Shown here one piece after another: positions 13,360-27,829 of a stretch of DNA of 64,000 bases. The stretch is from NCBI GenBank assembly GCA_951406725.2, contig OX597815.1:158782001-158846000 (forward strand), read 5' to 3'. The DNA comes from Octopus vulgaris. Its lineage: Eukaryota. Each line of letters opens with the position of its first letter. Position 1 is the stretch's first letter. The notes below the pieces were generated by a model that did not search any database, had not been told where the DNA came from, and worked only from the letters and a program-made list of their open reading frames with translations. The translations under genes and the position numbers were made by a program.

Positions 13360-13732
13360 TCAGATGGTACTTTATTTTATCGACCCTGAAAGGATGAAAA
13401 ACAAGGCCAGCCACGGCGCAATTTGAATTAAGAACGTAAAGACGGATGAAATGACCCTATGCATTTTGTCCGGTGTGCTGACGATCCTTACAATTTGTTG
13501 CCTTTTTAATAACAATAATTCTTTCTACAAGCGGCACAAAGCTTGAAATTTTTACAGGCGAGGGCTAGTCGATTATATCGATCTCTGTACTCAACTGGTT
13601 CTCATTTAACTCACCCTGAAAGGACCAAAAACAAAGTCGACCTCGGCGGAATTTGAACTCAGAACGTAAAGACGGACGAAATGTTGCTGAGCATTTTGTC
13701 TAGCATGCTAATGATTCTACCAGCTCACCGTC
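13360..13732 (-). mobile_element. Two SINE family B copies
   Basis: TCGACCTCGGCGGAATTTGAACTCAGAACGTAAAGACGG-type core occurs twice; followed by (AAT)n at 13755-13830. Confidence 0.7.
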
Positions 13733-13754
13733 TTAAAGATGATGATGATGATAA

Positions 13755-13833
<79 letters not shown>

Positions 13834-14519
13834 GTAAAGAAGTAAAAATAAGGATAAATAAATAGGATATAGAATGGCGTTATTGCAAGAAGATAGCATT
13901 CCGTTGACAATGATACAACAGCAGTTCCTGTCTTGAACCGCTCCGCTTCTTTGCTTCTATTTTTACAGTGGAATCTATAAAAGAGGTTACATTCTTGTAA
14001 AGGTGTGGTCTTGACCCAACGTATCCGATTACCAAAAAGCCGGGTCTTTAAGTAAAGTAAAAGTGTAATTCTCTAGGTTTTCTAGTGCATTGGTGAAACC
14101 CAAGGGATGTCCCAATATCGTCTTGTATCTAAGTGCCAATATTTCTATGTGTTTATGGACACACGATATGTATACGTATAAATGTGTACCTATCTATCAA
14201 TACACACATACGTTAAACGCACATAAATATACATACAAAATTACATATACATACTTACAACTAAACATACATACGTACATACATACATACATACATACAT
14301 ACATACATACATACATACTTCATTGCATGACAATAACATATGAAGCTATGAACAACTATAAGTTAAGTGATTTGTACATCTAAAACAACTGTAAAGATTT
14401 ATCCATTACGTAATCCTTTGTATAACGCATGTCTATTTAGATATTTGGCTTAGTGCCAATAATATAGATATTTCAATGTACTATAAATGTTCTCTGCATG
14501 AGTGTGTGAAAACAGTATC

Positions 14520-15105
14520 TTTTACTTGTTTCGGTCATTTGACTGAAGCCATGCTGAGGCAACGTTTTGAAGTGTTTTCTAAAAAATCAATCTCCTTTTT
14601 TCTAAACCGTAGTACTTACTTTATCAATCTCTTTTGGCGAACCACTAATGTACAGGGACATAAACACAAACACCAGTTGAAAAGCTGTGTTTTGGGACAA
14701 ACGCACACACACACACATATACGACAGGCTTCTTTCAGTTTCCGTCTACCAAATCCACTTACAAAAGTTTTTGTTGGCCCGAGACTCTAGTAGAAGACAC
14801 TTGAACCAGCTACCACGCATGGAACTGAACTCAGATCCATGTGAGTGAGAAGAAGCAAGCTTCTTAACACACAGCTTGCGCCTATACACACACAATATAT
14901 ATATTGGCAGAAACGTTAGCACACCGGGCAAAATGCCAAGCCGTATTTCGTCTGCTGTTACGTTCTGAGTTCAAATTCCGCCGAGGTCGACTTTGCCTTT
15001 CATCCTTTCGGTACCAGTTACGCACTGGGGTCGATGTAATCGACTTAATCCCTTTGTCTGTCCTTGTTTGTCCTCTCTGTGTTTAGCCCCTTGTGGGTAG
15101 TAAAG

Positions 15106-15110
<5 letters not shown>
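14520..15110. mobile_element. Family A SINE (minus, 14520-14885) adjacent to family B SINE (plus, 14905-15110)
   Basis: Similarity to other copies; the B copy ends AGCCCCTTGTGGGTAGTAAAGAAATA. Confidence 0.75.
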
Positions 15111-15150
<40 letters not shown>

Positions 15151-15261
15151 TAAAAAAATACAAACTGGGACTAGAACGCAAAACATTTAGAAGACGATAC
15201 AAAAAACACGGACGGGACATTCGAAGCCTTCAATCTTCAGTCAAGAACCAGATCATCTTCG

Positions 15262-15307
<46 letters not shown>

Positions 15308-15422
15308 GCATGCATATATACATACATACATATATACACATACATATATACATACATATATATACATATATATATACATATACATATATACACACATATA
15401 TATACATACAAATATATATACA

Positions 15423-15454
<32 letters not shown>

Positions 15455-15611
15455 CATGTATATATACATATATATATACATGCATACATGCATATACATA
15501 CATAGACATACATACATATGTATACATATATATATTCATATATATACATATATGCATATATATATACACACACACATACATATATATATACATATACATA
15601 CACACACACAT

Positions 15612-15658
<47 letters not shown>

Positions 15659-15681
15659 CATATATTTATTATATATATATA

Positions 15682-15781
15682 NNNNNNNNNNNNNNNNNNN
15701 NNNNNNNNNNNNNNNNNNNNNNNNNNNNNNNNNNNNNNNNNNNNNNNNNNNNNNNNNNNNNNNNNNNNNNNNNNNNNNNNN
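15682..15781. other. Assembly gap (100 N)
   Basis: Run of N between a (TA)n array and the LINE. Confidence 1.
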
Positions 15782-17863
15782 AGGATTGCAAACCGCCTGA
15801 GCAAGCACACAAAAAGTGGTGAGAAGTCTCGGCTCGAAAGAATGCTAATGGAAACTGAGAAAAGTCTACATCAGTCCCATGAAAAGGAGAGAGCAGATAA
15901 AGAAGCTTGGGTAATAGAAAATATAAAATCAAACCCTAAAGCTTTCTTTAAGTTTGCCAAAGAGACAGCCACAGTGCACCAGAGAATAGGACCTCTCTTC
16001 CAAAAAGATGGCTCTCTCACAGGAAATCCCACGAGGATAAGTGAAATACTGAACGAACAGTTCCAAAGTGTGTTCACTACACCTCTAGGACACAGGCAAG
16101 TAAACAACCCAGAAGAATTCTTTGCCACTTTACCTGCGGCCAAAGAGACAAAAATTGAGTACATCAACATCGAAGATGATGATATCACACTAGCCATTGA
16201 TGAGATTGACACAAACTCAGCTGCTGGACCTGATGGATTCCCAGCGATCCTTCTCAAATCGTGCAAACGAGCCCTTGCAAAACCGCTACAGCTTCTTTTT
16301 CAGAGCTTTCTTGCAAGTGGTAAGCTCCCAGTCAAACTGAAAGAGGGGGTAATATGCCCTATCCATAAGGGAGGTAGCAGAGCAGATGCTAAAAATTATA
16401 GGCCTATCTCTCTGACCTCACACATCAGCAAAGTCATGGAACGAATAGTCCGTAAGAAACTAATCATGTTCCTTGAAGAAAATGACTTACTGTCTGACAC
16501 CCAGCATGGATTTCGACCAGGTAGAGGCTGCCTAACACAGCTCCTGCAACACTATGACTGGGTGTTGAAACAGCTACTAAATGGCTCAAATGTGGATGTA
16601 ATATATCTTGACTTTGCAAAAGCCTTTGATAAAGTCGACCATGGTATGATCTGTCACAAACTGCGTGGTCTCGGCATAGGCGGGAAACTTGGAGAGTGGC
16701 TGCACAACTTCCTAAAAGACAGAAAACAGGCAGTTGTGAGCAATGGAGCCACCTCCAGGGAAACGCAAATAACAAGCGGTGTCCCACAGGGCACTGTCTT
16801 GGGGCCACTGATGTTCATAGTGGCCCTTTCAGACATGCCTTCAGTTGCTACGATGACCACCCTTGCTAGCTATGCAGATGACACAAAAGTCTCCCACGCA
16901 ATACAAAACCCTGAAAATATTGCGCATCTGCAACATGAGCTGGACACAATATACAGGTGGGCTGAGGACAACAACATGCAGTTTAATGCAGGTAAGTTCC
17001 AGGCCCTGCGCTACTGGCACACAAAGGTAAATGACGTGAAGACTGGATACACTGGCCCAGGAAGAATTGCAATCCCTGAATCAAAATCAGTGCGTGACCT
17101 GGGCATTGACATGAGCAATGATGCATCTTTCCAAATGCATATTGCTAATCTGGTGATAAAATGCAGACGGCTAGCTGGATGGATTCTCCGAACTTTCAGA
17201 ACAAGAGAGAAGGAGACACTGATGGTCCTATGGAAAACATTTGTCCTCAGCCGCTTGGACTACTGCTCCCAACTTTGGTCACCACACAATATAAAACAAA
17301 CAGCAGAACTCGAAGCAACTCAGAGAAGCTACACAAAGAAAATCGTCTCAATGCAAAATGTCAGCTACTGGGAAAGACTGAAGGTATTAAACCTCTTCTC
17401 CCTGGAGCGGAGGCGGGAGAGATATGCAGTGATATACATCTGGAAAATCCTGGAGGGTCTTGTCCCAAACTTTGGCATTCAAAGTTACTCCAACCGCAGA
17501 ACGGGCGCCGCTGCGTGGTGCCAAGGATTCCAACATCACCATCAAAATACAGGTCCAGATACTGCAACAGCTTGGGTTTCAGAGGACCACAGCTCTTTAA
17601 CATCCTCCCTAAATGCCTGAGAGACTTACATGGTGTGGATGTGGGTTTCTTTAAAACTAAACTGGATCTCTTCTTGTTGGGAGTCCCAGATGAACCTACC
17701 TCACGACAGGAGACACGGATGCGGGCAGCAGCATCGAACTCCCTTGTTGATCAAGTGCCACGTATCAGAGGTGGATTCACAAACTAGTGTAGCTCATTCA
17801 GCGGTGGTGCCCCAGCATGGCCGCGGCCTTCGGGCTAAAACATTTTTAAGGATTTAAGGATTT
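15782..17863 (+). mobile_element. CR1/L2-group non-LTR retrotransposon, 3' part (5' part lost in the gap)
   Basis: Long RT ORF, a short 3' UTR with a hairpin, and a (TTTAAGGA)n tail before (TA)n. Confidence 0.9.
15842..17620 (+). CDS. LINE ORF2 reverse transcriptase (partial; frameshift near 17500, true C-terminus continues in the 17161-17787 frame)
   Basis: Motifs AAGPDG, NYRPISLTS, QHGFRPGRGC, YLDFAKAFDKVDH, GVPQGTVLGP, YADD, RDLGI, SRLDYCSQLWSP, LFSLERRR. Confidence 0.9.
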   Translation: MLMETEKSLHQSHEKERADKEAWVIENIKSNPKAFFKFAKETATVHQRIGPLFQKDGSLTGNPTRISEILNEQFQSVFTTPLGHRQVNNPEEFFATLPAAKETKIEYINIEDDDITLAIDEIDTNSAAGPDGFPAILLKSCKRALAKPLQLLFQSFLASGKLPVKLKEGVICPIHKGGSRADAKNYRPISLTSHISKVMERIVRKKLIMFLEENDLLSDTQHGFRPGRGCLTQLLQHYDWVLKQLLNGSNVDVIYLDFAKAFDKVDHGMICHKLRGLGIGGKLGEWLHNFLKDRKQAVVSNGATSRETQITSGVPQGTVLGPLMFIVALSDMPSVATMTTLASYADDTKVSHAIQNPENIAHLQHELDTIYRWAEDNNMQFNAGKFQALRYWHTKVNDVKTGYTGPGRIAIPESKSVRDLGIDMSNDASFQMHIANLVIKCRRLAGWILRTFRTREKETLMVLWKTFVLSRLDYCSQLWSPHNIKQTAELEATQRSYTKKIVSMQNVSYWERLKVLNLFSLERRRERYAVIYIWKILEGLVPNFGIQSYSNRRTGAAAWCQGFQHHHQNTGPDTATAWVSEDHSSLTSSLNA

Positions 17864-18142
17864 ATATATATATATATATTCATATATAGAAATATCATTA
17901 TTTCTAATTCTCTCTACAAGAGACTACGGCAGCGGTACAAGATATTAATAGTTATCACCAAGGTAACATGGCAGTTCAGAAATATAGGACGAATGCTGCC
18001 GTTGATTAGCTCTAAGAGGCCATTGCGTCTAGCTTGCTATGTGACACACAAACCTGTGTCCTTTATAACTTCGAACAGGGGAAGTCAGTAGCTTCCCCTT
18101 GCTGGGCTGGCATCGACAGACTAGTTTCGAGGTGGTGCCTCT

Positions 18143-18211
<69 letters not shown>

Positions 18212-18224
18212 TTTTAATTGTTAG

Positions 18225-18860
<636 letters not shown>

Positions 18861-19119
18861 TCCCAACATATATGTATTCATATGAGCGAGTGGAGAAGGA
18901 AAATATATATCCTACAGCACAGCAGATGTTGCTGCAGTTACATGCATTTAATAATTGACTGATGCAGCTCCATGTCGCTTAAGAATTTCGTGGGTGTAAG
19001 CTAGGTTGCATCATTTGATTTCTTCGAATATCTAATGATACGGACATAGCGTGCGCCTACAAGATATTACGTTATGTGGAGTTAAGTAAAATAATTGTTA
19101 TTAAAGATTTTACGCGCGT

Positions 19120-19700
<581 letters not shown>

Positions 19701-20111
19701 GTGTATGCCTGTATATTTGTTTATGCGCATTCGTAATAATAACTTATATGTGAATGTGTATATGTGTTTCGTGGACATTAGCTAAACTTCTGTATATATC
19801 ACACACACAAATGCACTCGTATGCGGTGACACACCTATGTTTTTCTTCTCATGACCCATCATTTGATATGCGTGAGCTTACATGTGTGGAAGTATATTTG
19901 ACTATTAATATGATATGACCAAAATATACCAAGTACCTTTAATCAGGAATCTTGACGCCCTGTTATCTAATAGCCGACCGGCAATGTGGTTCCACCAACT
20001 GTAACTACATACATCTGCATATATTAACATAATTTATGTTGATACATGGGTCAGTGTTACATTAAAGTGAAATTAAAGTCCCAATATATGCATATGCTTG
20101 TAGGCATTTGC

Positions 20112-20225
<114 letters not shown>

Positions 20226-20229
20226 GTAA

Positions 20230-20282
<53 letters not shown>

Positions 20283-20433
20283 TATGATAAAACGCAACTT
20301 ATTGTATCTATGAACATCTGGATTCATAGCCACGAGATGTCTATAAGTGTTTGTGCCAAAATGGTAGATAAAATCTTGATACAGTTCAACCCTCCTCTCC
20401 TCCTCCTTTTTCTTCTTCTTCTTCGTATTATTA

Positions 20434-20501
<68 letters not shown>

Positions 20502-21199
20502 TGTTCAGATAATTGATCTGCAGCCATGCTGTAGCACGAACCTCAACGATTTATGTATTCAATAATAATCAACCCCAGTACACACATGCGTCTGTTACTT
20601 ATTTTTCGGGGCGTAATCAGCAACTCTCATTTTAAGCAGTTTAAAGATATATCACAGACATGTCACACGCACACATATATGTTTGTATGTATTTATGTAT
20701 GTATAAATACACATGTGTATGAATGTATTTGTGTGTGTATGTATGTCTATCCATCCACACATCCGTAGAATATATAAGGCTGTAGATTGTAGATTTATCG
20801 AGAAAAATTTTCTAGAATTGATTGTGGTTTATATGGGAAAATTGCAACGGTTATACTAGTTATATTAAGGTAAAATTTATTCAAAGTATTTTACGTAATA
20901 GAACTCACGCTGTTTATTTTATTGACAAACGTTGAAACTAGATGATATCAGTTTCAGACCATACTACAAATCAAATGAGACATTTGTGTACATATATAGG
21001 CAATCGTATCATCCACTCTGTGCCACGTGAAACCTGATTGACATCATTAGTAGACGGGTATCCTCGATATCTTCTGAGGAAGATGGTTTTATGGGGACAA
21101 CATAATATTATAATGAAGCGTTAAGAAATAGTGGATCCTCAGATAAAATTAGAAACTAAAACAAAACTCTGGAAATGCAAAGTGTAAGAATATGAATTA

Positions 21200-21800
21200 A
21201 TGTACCTTATACGGTACAGCTCTGTATCTAAGTAAACAGTAATAACTAATATAGCTATGGAATTCCTTTATCTACTAAATTACCATTTTCTGTCAAGGTA
21301 TAATTATTATAAGATCCAAAACAGAAACTGTGTTGGGGTTAGTTATTCAGCTAGTAAGAATTTTGGTTGGTATATCAAAAGTTATAATGATACAAAACTG
21401 AATGAAAAAAATAAACAAAAAGCTGGCCAACAACCGTCATGCAACTACAAATTCGTGAGAATTGCCCAGTAGATGGGTACTGTTTGGCAAAGTCGATGTT
21501 ATACAGCGCTAAAGAGGAAACAAACAACAAACATCAACTTAAAAATTATTTGAGGTTAACTGAATTGAAATTCAAAAACTGATTTTATAAATAAGAAAAT
21601 TTGTCAGCACTGAAAAAAGTTCTCCACGACTTTGTCGAAATTTATATGGTTCTTATCTGCGACAAGTCTTCGAAAATTCAAAATTGTCTGGTTGATTATA
21701 AATAAGGCACAACCATATAGGGATGTTAATTTCAAATCACAAAGGTAATGTAACGTTTATTTGGGCAAAGCAGAATTAAAAAAAAACTCGTTTCAAACAA
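21200..21800 (+). pseudogene. Decayed Penelope-like element GIY-YIG endonuclease fragment
   Basis: Frameshifted remnants RENCPVDGYCLAKSMLYSA...YLRLTELKFK...STTLSKFIW match the PLE linker/GIY-YIG pattern CP..G.CL...VY...YIG.TE..FK...T.LS..IW. Confidence 0.65.
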
Positions 21801-21920
21801 AAGGACGGAGTTGTTACCACCCTATATGCACTGAACGAAATATCTTTTATGTAAGCACCAATGGTTTGGGGAATTAAAACGTTTGTCTCGAAGGGTTTGT
21901 ATGTGTGTACGAGTATGTGC

Positions 21921-21984
<64 letters not shown>

Positions 21985-22004
21985 ACACACACATGTATGT
22001 GTAT

Positions 22005-22113
22005 GGCAAGAAGCTTGCTTCCTAATCACATGGCAAGTGCCTTCTACTATAGCCTCGGGCCGACCAAAGCCGTGTGAGTGGATTTGGTAAACTGAAACTG
22101 AAAGAAGCCCATC

Positions 22114-22164
<51 letters not shown>

Positions 22165-22445
22165 TGTGTGTGTGTGTATGTATGTATGTATGTATGTATG
22201 TATGTATGTATGTATGTATATTTATATGTGTGTCTTTTGTCTGTGTTTGTCCCCACCATTGCTTGACAACCGATGGTGGTGTGTTTACGTCCCCGTAACT
22301 TAGCAGTTTGGCAAAAGAGACCGATAGAATAAGTACTAGGCTTACACAGAATAAGTCCCGTGGTTGGTTCATTTCTTCGACTAAAACCCTTTAAGGTGGT
22401 GCTCCGGCATGGCCGCAGTCAAATGACCGAAAACAAGTAAAAAAA
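22005..22445 (+). mobile_element. SINE family A copy
   Basis: Match to family A body and tail. Confidence 0.75.
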
Positions 22446-23590
22446 ATAATAAAAGAATTCACACAAAAAGTGCAAACAGACGTACATTGTAAAATGCTGC
22501 CGTTAAATATTACTTAAATAACAACGCAAATTCATAAGGTGAGTTATTAGAATGACGGCACCGAAATGAAGTTTAAGATGTTTGGAGTATTCCCACGACA
22601 GCCAAAAATGAAATGAAAAACATGAGCTTGAAACAACCCTTTCTGGCTGGTATTTTCTTCATAACTTACATATAATATTTCAGAATATATTCAAACAATA
22701 ATTCAAGAGAAAGCAAGCTCGGGTTACCAACTCAGTGATCGGAATGTGAAACTCGGTGAACTAGCATTAAGAGCCTTTCAATTATAAAATGTGTATACAC
22801 ACATACACACACACAATATAACATAATATACATAAACAGACATGCACACACATTATACGACGAGATTCTATATTGTTTTCGCCCACTAACTTTCATTCAC
22901 AATCGCCCAAAGTTCTACGCAATACGAACGAACGTGTTTACAAAGAGAATTTTTCAACCATGTCTGCGCCTACATAATTATATAAAAATGCACGATTATT
23001 TAAAATGCACTTGAGTGTCAACATAAAGACCACAGTCCATGGATTTTATCTAGGGTAAGTTTTTTAAAAAAATAACAAATACAAATGACATTTGTATTAT
23101 AAATGATGATCAGTATGATGGGACATTTTCATCGGGACAGTTATTATGGTTCCAAACTGGTAAGTTTCTTTTAAGTTTAGTAGGTCAGTGAGCATAAATG
23201 TAAAGGACGTAAGCGGGTGATGACACCCAATAATGTCAAAATTGTTGACAGCCTGCTGGTTTCACGACTTTTTGCATACTTAGTATCATGTGCTAATCTA
23301 CAATGTTTTCGAATATTTTTTTAGTGCATTGAATATTTGTTCATTTAATTTTAAGCACAAAACAAATAAATTACTGGTGTGAAATTTGTGCTTCATATAT
23401 GGTATGAATGTATAAACATATAGGTGCAGGCGTGGCTGTGTGCTAAGAATTTTAGTTCCCAATCATATGGTTTCAGATTCAGCTCCCTTGCATGATACCT
23501 AAGGTAAGTGTTTCTTTTTTCTATAGCCACGGGCTGACTAAAGCCTTATCGGAGGATTTAGTAAACGGAAAGAAGCTCGTAATATATGTA

Positions 23591-23624
<34 letters not shown>

Positions 23625-23627
<3 letters not shown>

Positions 23628-23835
23628 TTTGATCACTTTGACCGACCAGTCCGCCAGGCGTCCATTTGACACCGCTGGTCACAGTACGCTGTCCACTCCT
23701 CTCTGGATCGCGCCTTTCTCATCCACGTGATCCCAATCGTCCTCTTGAAATCGTAATTCCACCGTCGTGGAGGTCTTCCGGGTGGTCTTTTCCGCTCACG
23801 CGGGTACCACTCGACAACTGCGTGCGTCCACCGAT
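23625..23835 (-). mobile_element. RTE-clade LINE 3' fragment
   Basis: RWTHAVVEWYPRERKRPPGRPPRRW...W...ARSREEW is the characteristic RTE ORF C-terminus; short repeated tail. Confidence 0.8.
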
Positions 23836-23847
23836 TATATATATATA

Positions 23848-24023
23848 TCTTCCGTCGTCCCTTCTTTGGATCTTTCCTTTTCCTATGTTTCTGACGAAGA
23901 GCTCCGCTCGAAACGTTAACCCCCCCCCCTTCTTTCCTTCTTTCCTGAGCGACCAATAATACTATACTTGTTCCACGTCCTCGCGTTGTTGTGTTTTCTC
24001 TTTGTGTTTTCATGTTTGGATTA

Positions 24024-24030
<7 letters not shown>
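23848..24030 (+). mobile_element. Penelope-like terminal repeat fragment with hammerhead-like core
   Basis: CTGACGA-A-GAGC-TCC-GCTC-GAAAC-GTTAAC at 23891-23920; between (TA)n runs. The downstream part recurs at 32183-32280. Confidence 0.55.
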
Positions 24031-24107
<77 letters not shown>

Positions 24108-24338
24108 ATGTTTATACATGTGTGTGTGTGTGAGTTTGTTCCCTGTCGCTGCTTGACAACAGGTGTTAGTGTGTGAACATCCCGGTAACTTAGCGGTTCA
24201 GCAAAGAAACCGATAAAATAAGTACCAGTCTCAAAGAAATAAAAGAGTTTCAGGGTCGATTCGCCTCAAATTCCTCAAGGCAGCGCTCCAGTATGGCCGC
24301 AGTCTAATTAATGACTGAAACATAAAGGATTAATGACA

Positions 24339-24369
<31 letters not shown>

Positions 24370-24387
24370 CATAGACATACGCGTATA

Positions 24388-24428
<41 letters not shown>

Positions 24429-24764
24429 ATACACATTTAGCAACTAGGATTTTCAATCAATGCTCAGATTTCCAAGTTTACGTTTCTGATAAAAAAGAAA
24501 TGCAATTTTCCGAGATGAGTTTCAAAAAAAAATAATACAAAAGCGACAGCAGATAGTGTTGTTCAACCCGGGCAACCCAGATTGAGTAAACTTACGTTCA
24601 AGATATTCTGGTCATGATCATGTTGCCTTTCTTAGGAGTAAATAGGACTATCAAATGTATCTTTTCTTTTCATGTGACGGTTGTGTAGGATTTGCAGGAT
24701 ATTTAGCTTCTTTTTCTAATAAGTTGAGCGATCGGGAAGCAGTTTTGTTGTTGGCTCAGTTAAG

Positions 24765-25075
24765 TGGCACTGCGTTGGTTATGCTGACGAGTCTTCTACT
24801 TGATCCGATCAGCAGAACAGCCTGCTCGCGAAATTAACGTGCAAGTGACTGAGCACACCATAGACACGCATAACCTTTAAGTTAGTTTTCAGGGAGATTC
24901 AACGTGACACAGAATGTGAGAAGGCTGGCCCTTTGAATTACAGGTAGAACTAATTCTTGCCAGTCGAGTAGACAGGAACAACGGGAAATAAAGTGACTTG
25001 CTCAAGGATACAACGCGCCGCCGAGAATCAAATTCACGTTCTTACGATCGTGAGCCTAATACCTTAAACTCCAAG
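24765..25075 (-). mobile_element. SINE family C copy
   Basis: Colinear with 10285-10610. Confidence 0.7.
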
Positions 25076-25499
25076 TCCTTCACACGTTGGCTCAGTTTGG
25101 GTAGTAACCAGTAACATGCATTGGTAGAAGTAGGGAGTGGGTTACTTTCTGCCATTCAAGACAATAATGAGTGAGCGTTCAAATTTCTGATATAGTGTCG
25201 GATGAATTATATTAGCCGGCTTCTCTAAAGTTTCCCTCCGTTTCACAAATTTTATTTCATCGCCCTGTATAAGTATTGCCCCAGTGTGACCTGACATCGT
25301 CCATTTTGCGCGCCGAAAACATTTTTCTTTCGTTTCATATTTTTCTAATGTGTTTTGATAATGTTATGTTTATGTTCCCTGGGTTGCCGCCACAATGAGC
25401 TGTTGTTAATTTATTGATGTTAAGAGCATCAACACAAGCAGAGGACGCAATAACAAAACTAGTCGACAATAGATTATATTTGAATAAAAGCTGATATAG

Positions 25500-26580
25500 A
25501 GTAGCAGGTATGGCTGTGAGGTAAGAAGCTTGCTTCTCAATCACAAACTTGCGGGTTTAGTCTCACTACGTGGCACCTTGGTCAAGTGTCTTCAACTATA
25601 GCCTCGGGTGAACCAACGCTTTGTGAGTGGATTTGGTAGACGGAAACTGAAAGAAGCCCGTCGTATATATGTATGTGTGTGTTTGTGTTTGTACCCCTAG
25701 CATTGCTTGACAACCGATGCTGGTGTGTTTACGTCCCCGTCACTTAGCGGTTCGGCAAAAGAGACCGATAGAATAAATACTGTGCTTACAAAGAATAAGT
25801 CCCGGGGTCGATTTGATCGAAATTAAGTAAAGAGAGAGTAGCAGGTATGGTTGTGAGGTAAGAAGCTTGCTTCTCAATCACAAACTTTAGTCTCACTACG
25901 TGGCACCTTGGTCAAGTGTCTTCAACTATATAGCCTCGGGTGAACCAACGCTTTGTCAGTAGATTTGGTAGACATATATTCAAGTGTTTGTGTGAGTTTG
26001 TGTCTGTATTTGTCCCTCACCACCGCTTGACAACCGACGTTGCTGCATTTACGTCCCCTTAACTTAGCGGTTTGGCAATAGGAGTCGATAGAATAAGCAT
26101 CAGGTTAAGAAAGAAAATAAGTACTGATGTCGATTAGTTCAGCTAAAATTTTCAAGACGGTGCCCCAGCATGGTCTTTGTCTAAAGACTGAAACAATTAA
26201 AAGATAAAAGAAAAATATTCATAGGCGCAGGCGTGGCTGTGTGGTAAGAAGCATGCTTTCCAATCACATGGTTCCGGGTTCAGTCCCACTGCGTGGCACT
26301 TTAGGCAAGTATCTTCTGCTATAGCATCGGGCCGATCAAAGCCTTGTGAGTGGATTTGGTAAACAGAAACTGAAAGAAGCCCGTCGTGTGTGTATTTGTC
26401 CCCCACCATCGTTTGACAATCGATGTTGGTGTATTTACGTCCCCGTAACTTAGCGGGTCGGCAAAATAGATCGATAAAATAAGTACTAGACTTACAAAGA
26501 ATTCGATTTGTTCGACTAAAGGCAGTGCTTCATCATGACCGCAGTCAAATGACTGAAACAAGTAAAAGAGATAAAAAGAA
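25500..26580 (+). mobile_element. Three consecutive family A SINEs
   Basis: Heads at ~25503, ~25838 and ~26222. The first two share the same variant head (GAGTAGCAGGTATGG.TGTGAGGTAAG...CACAAACTT), suggesting a local duplication. Confidence 0.8.
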
Positions 26581-27062
26581 TGATTAGTATACCCTTGGTC
26601 ATACAACTGCTTAACAATGGCTAATCTAAGATAATACTCTTCTTCCTAGAAATAACAGTCAGTCTTCTTTAAAATTATACCTTGTTATCTTAAAAAATAC
26701 CGCATTTAGTCATATAGACCTAAATACACGTTGTACGATTAAGGGGCCGTGGTTACGGTTGCGGTGACTTTAATCGTAGCAAACTTAGAACAAATAACAA
26801 CTCATCAACAGTTTATTTTTTGAAAAGAACTTCCCGACTAATTTACCCTATTTCAGTTGGTTTTAACGTATTTAATTTAGGAAGGATTAAAAACAATCTA
26901 GGAAATATTTGTGGTGAAGGAGGGGAAAAAAGAGATATTAGCAACAGTAAAATATTATTCTGTCCTTCGGCAAGTACAAGCGACAACTCTAGGAATGTTT
27001 CAGTCTTATTGAACATCTTCAGCAGAGCATAAACTTTATCTTAAATGCCTAATTAAACATGA

Positions 27063-27492
27063 AGGCCGTGAGTTAGCAGAAACGTTAGCACGCCGGGCGA
27101 AATGCCTAGCGGAATTTCGTCTGCCGTTACGTTCTCAGTTCAAATTCCGTCTAGGTCGACTTTGCTTTCAACGTTTCGGGGTCAATAAATTAAGTGCCAG
27201 TTACGCTCTGGGGTCGATGTAATCGACTTAATCCCTTTGTCTGTTATTGTTTCTTTCCTCTATGTTTAGCCCCTTGTGGGCAATAAAGAAATAAGAAACG
27301 TTAGCACGCCGGGCGAAATGCTTAGCAGTATTTCGTCTGTCTTTACATTCAGAGTTCAAATTCCGTCGAAGTCGACTTTGCCTTTCATCGTTTCGGGGTC
27401 GATAAATTAAGTATCAGCTGTGTAATGGGGTCGATCTAATCGACTGGCCCCGCCCCCAAAATTTCGAGCCTTATGCCTAGAGTAGAAAAGAA
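27063..27492 (+). mobile_element. SINE family B tandem dimer
   Basis: A long-tail monomer ending CAATAAAGAAATA is joined to AGAAACGTTAGCACG of a short-tail monomer. Confidence 0.85.
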
Positions 27493-27829
27493 TTAATCAT
27501 GAGTGATTCACCTTTCTAATTGTACAATAACAAACATTCTTGGGCATAGAAAAATTAAAACACTAAAAGAATAATTTTCCCACGTACTGCATTGCATGAA
27601 AGAAAGCATTACTTTTAATACATTTAATGGAGAGTGCAATAAAAATCATACTGAGATAAAATATACGATGAAGGAAAAAAATGTCACTGACTTACGTTAT
27701 TTGGGGTCTTTCAGCACATACGAGTGCCATGTTTGGATATTTTCAGTTTACCGCCATCCTTTTTTGTCTTTTTTTTAATGTTGGTATGTTCCAAATAATG
27801 AAAGTACCAAAACTGGAATCATGATTATT

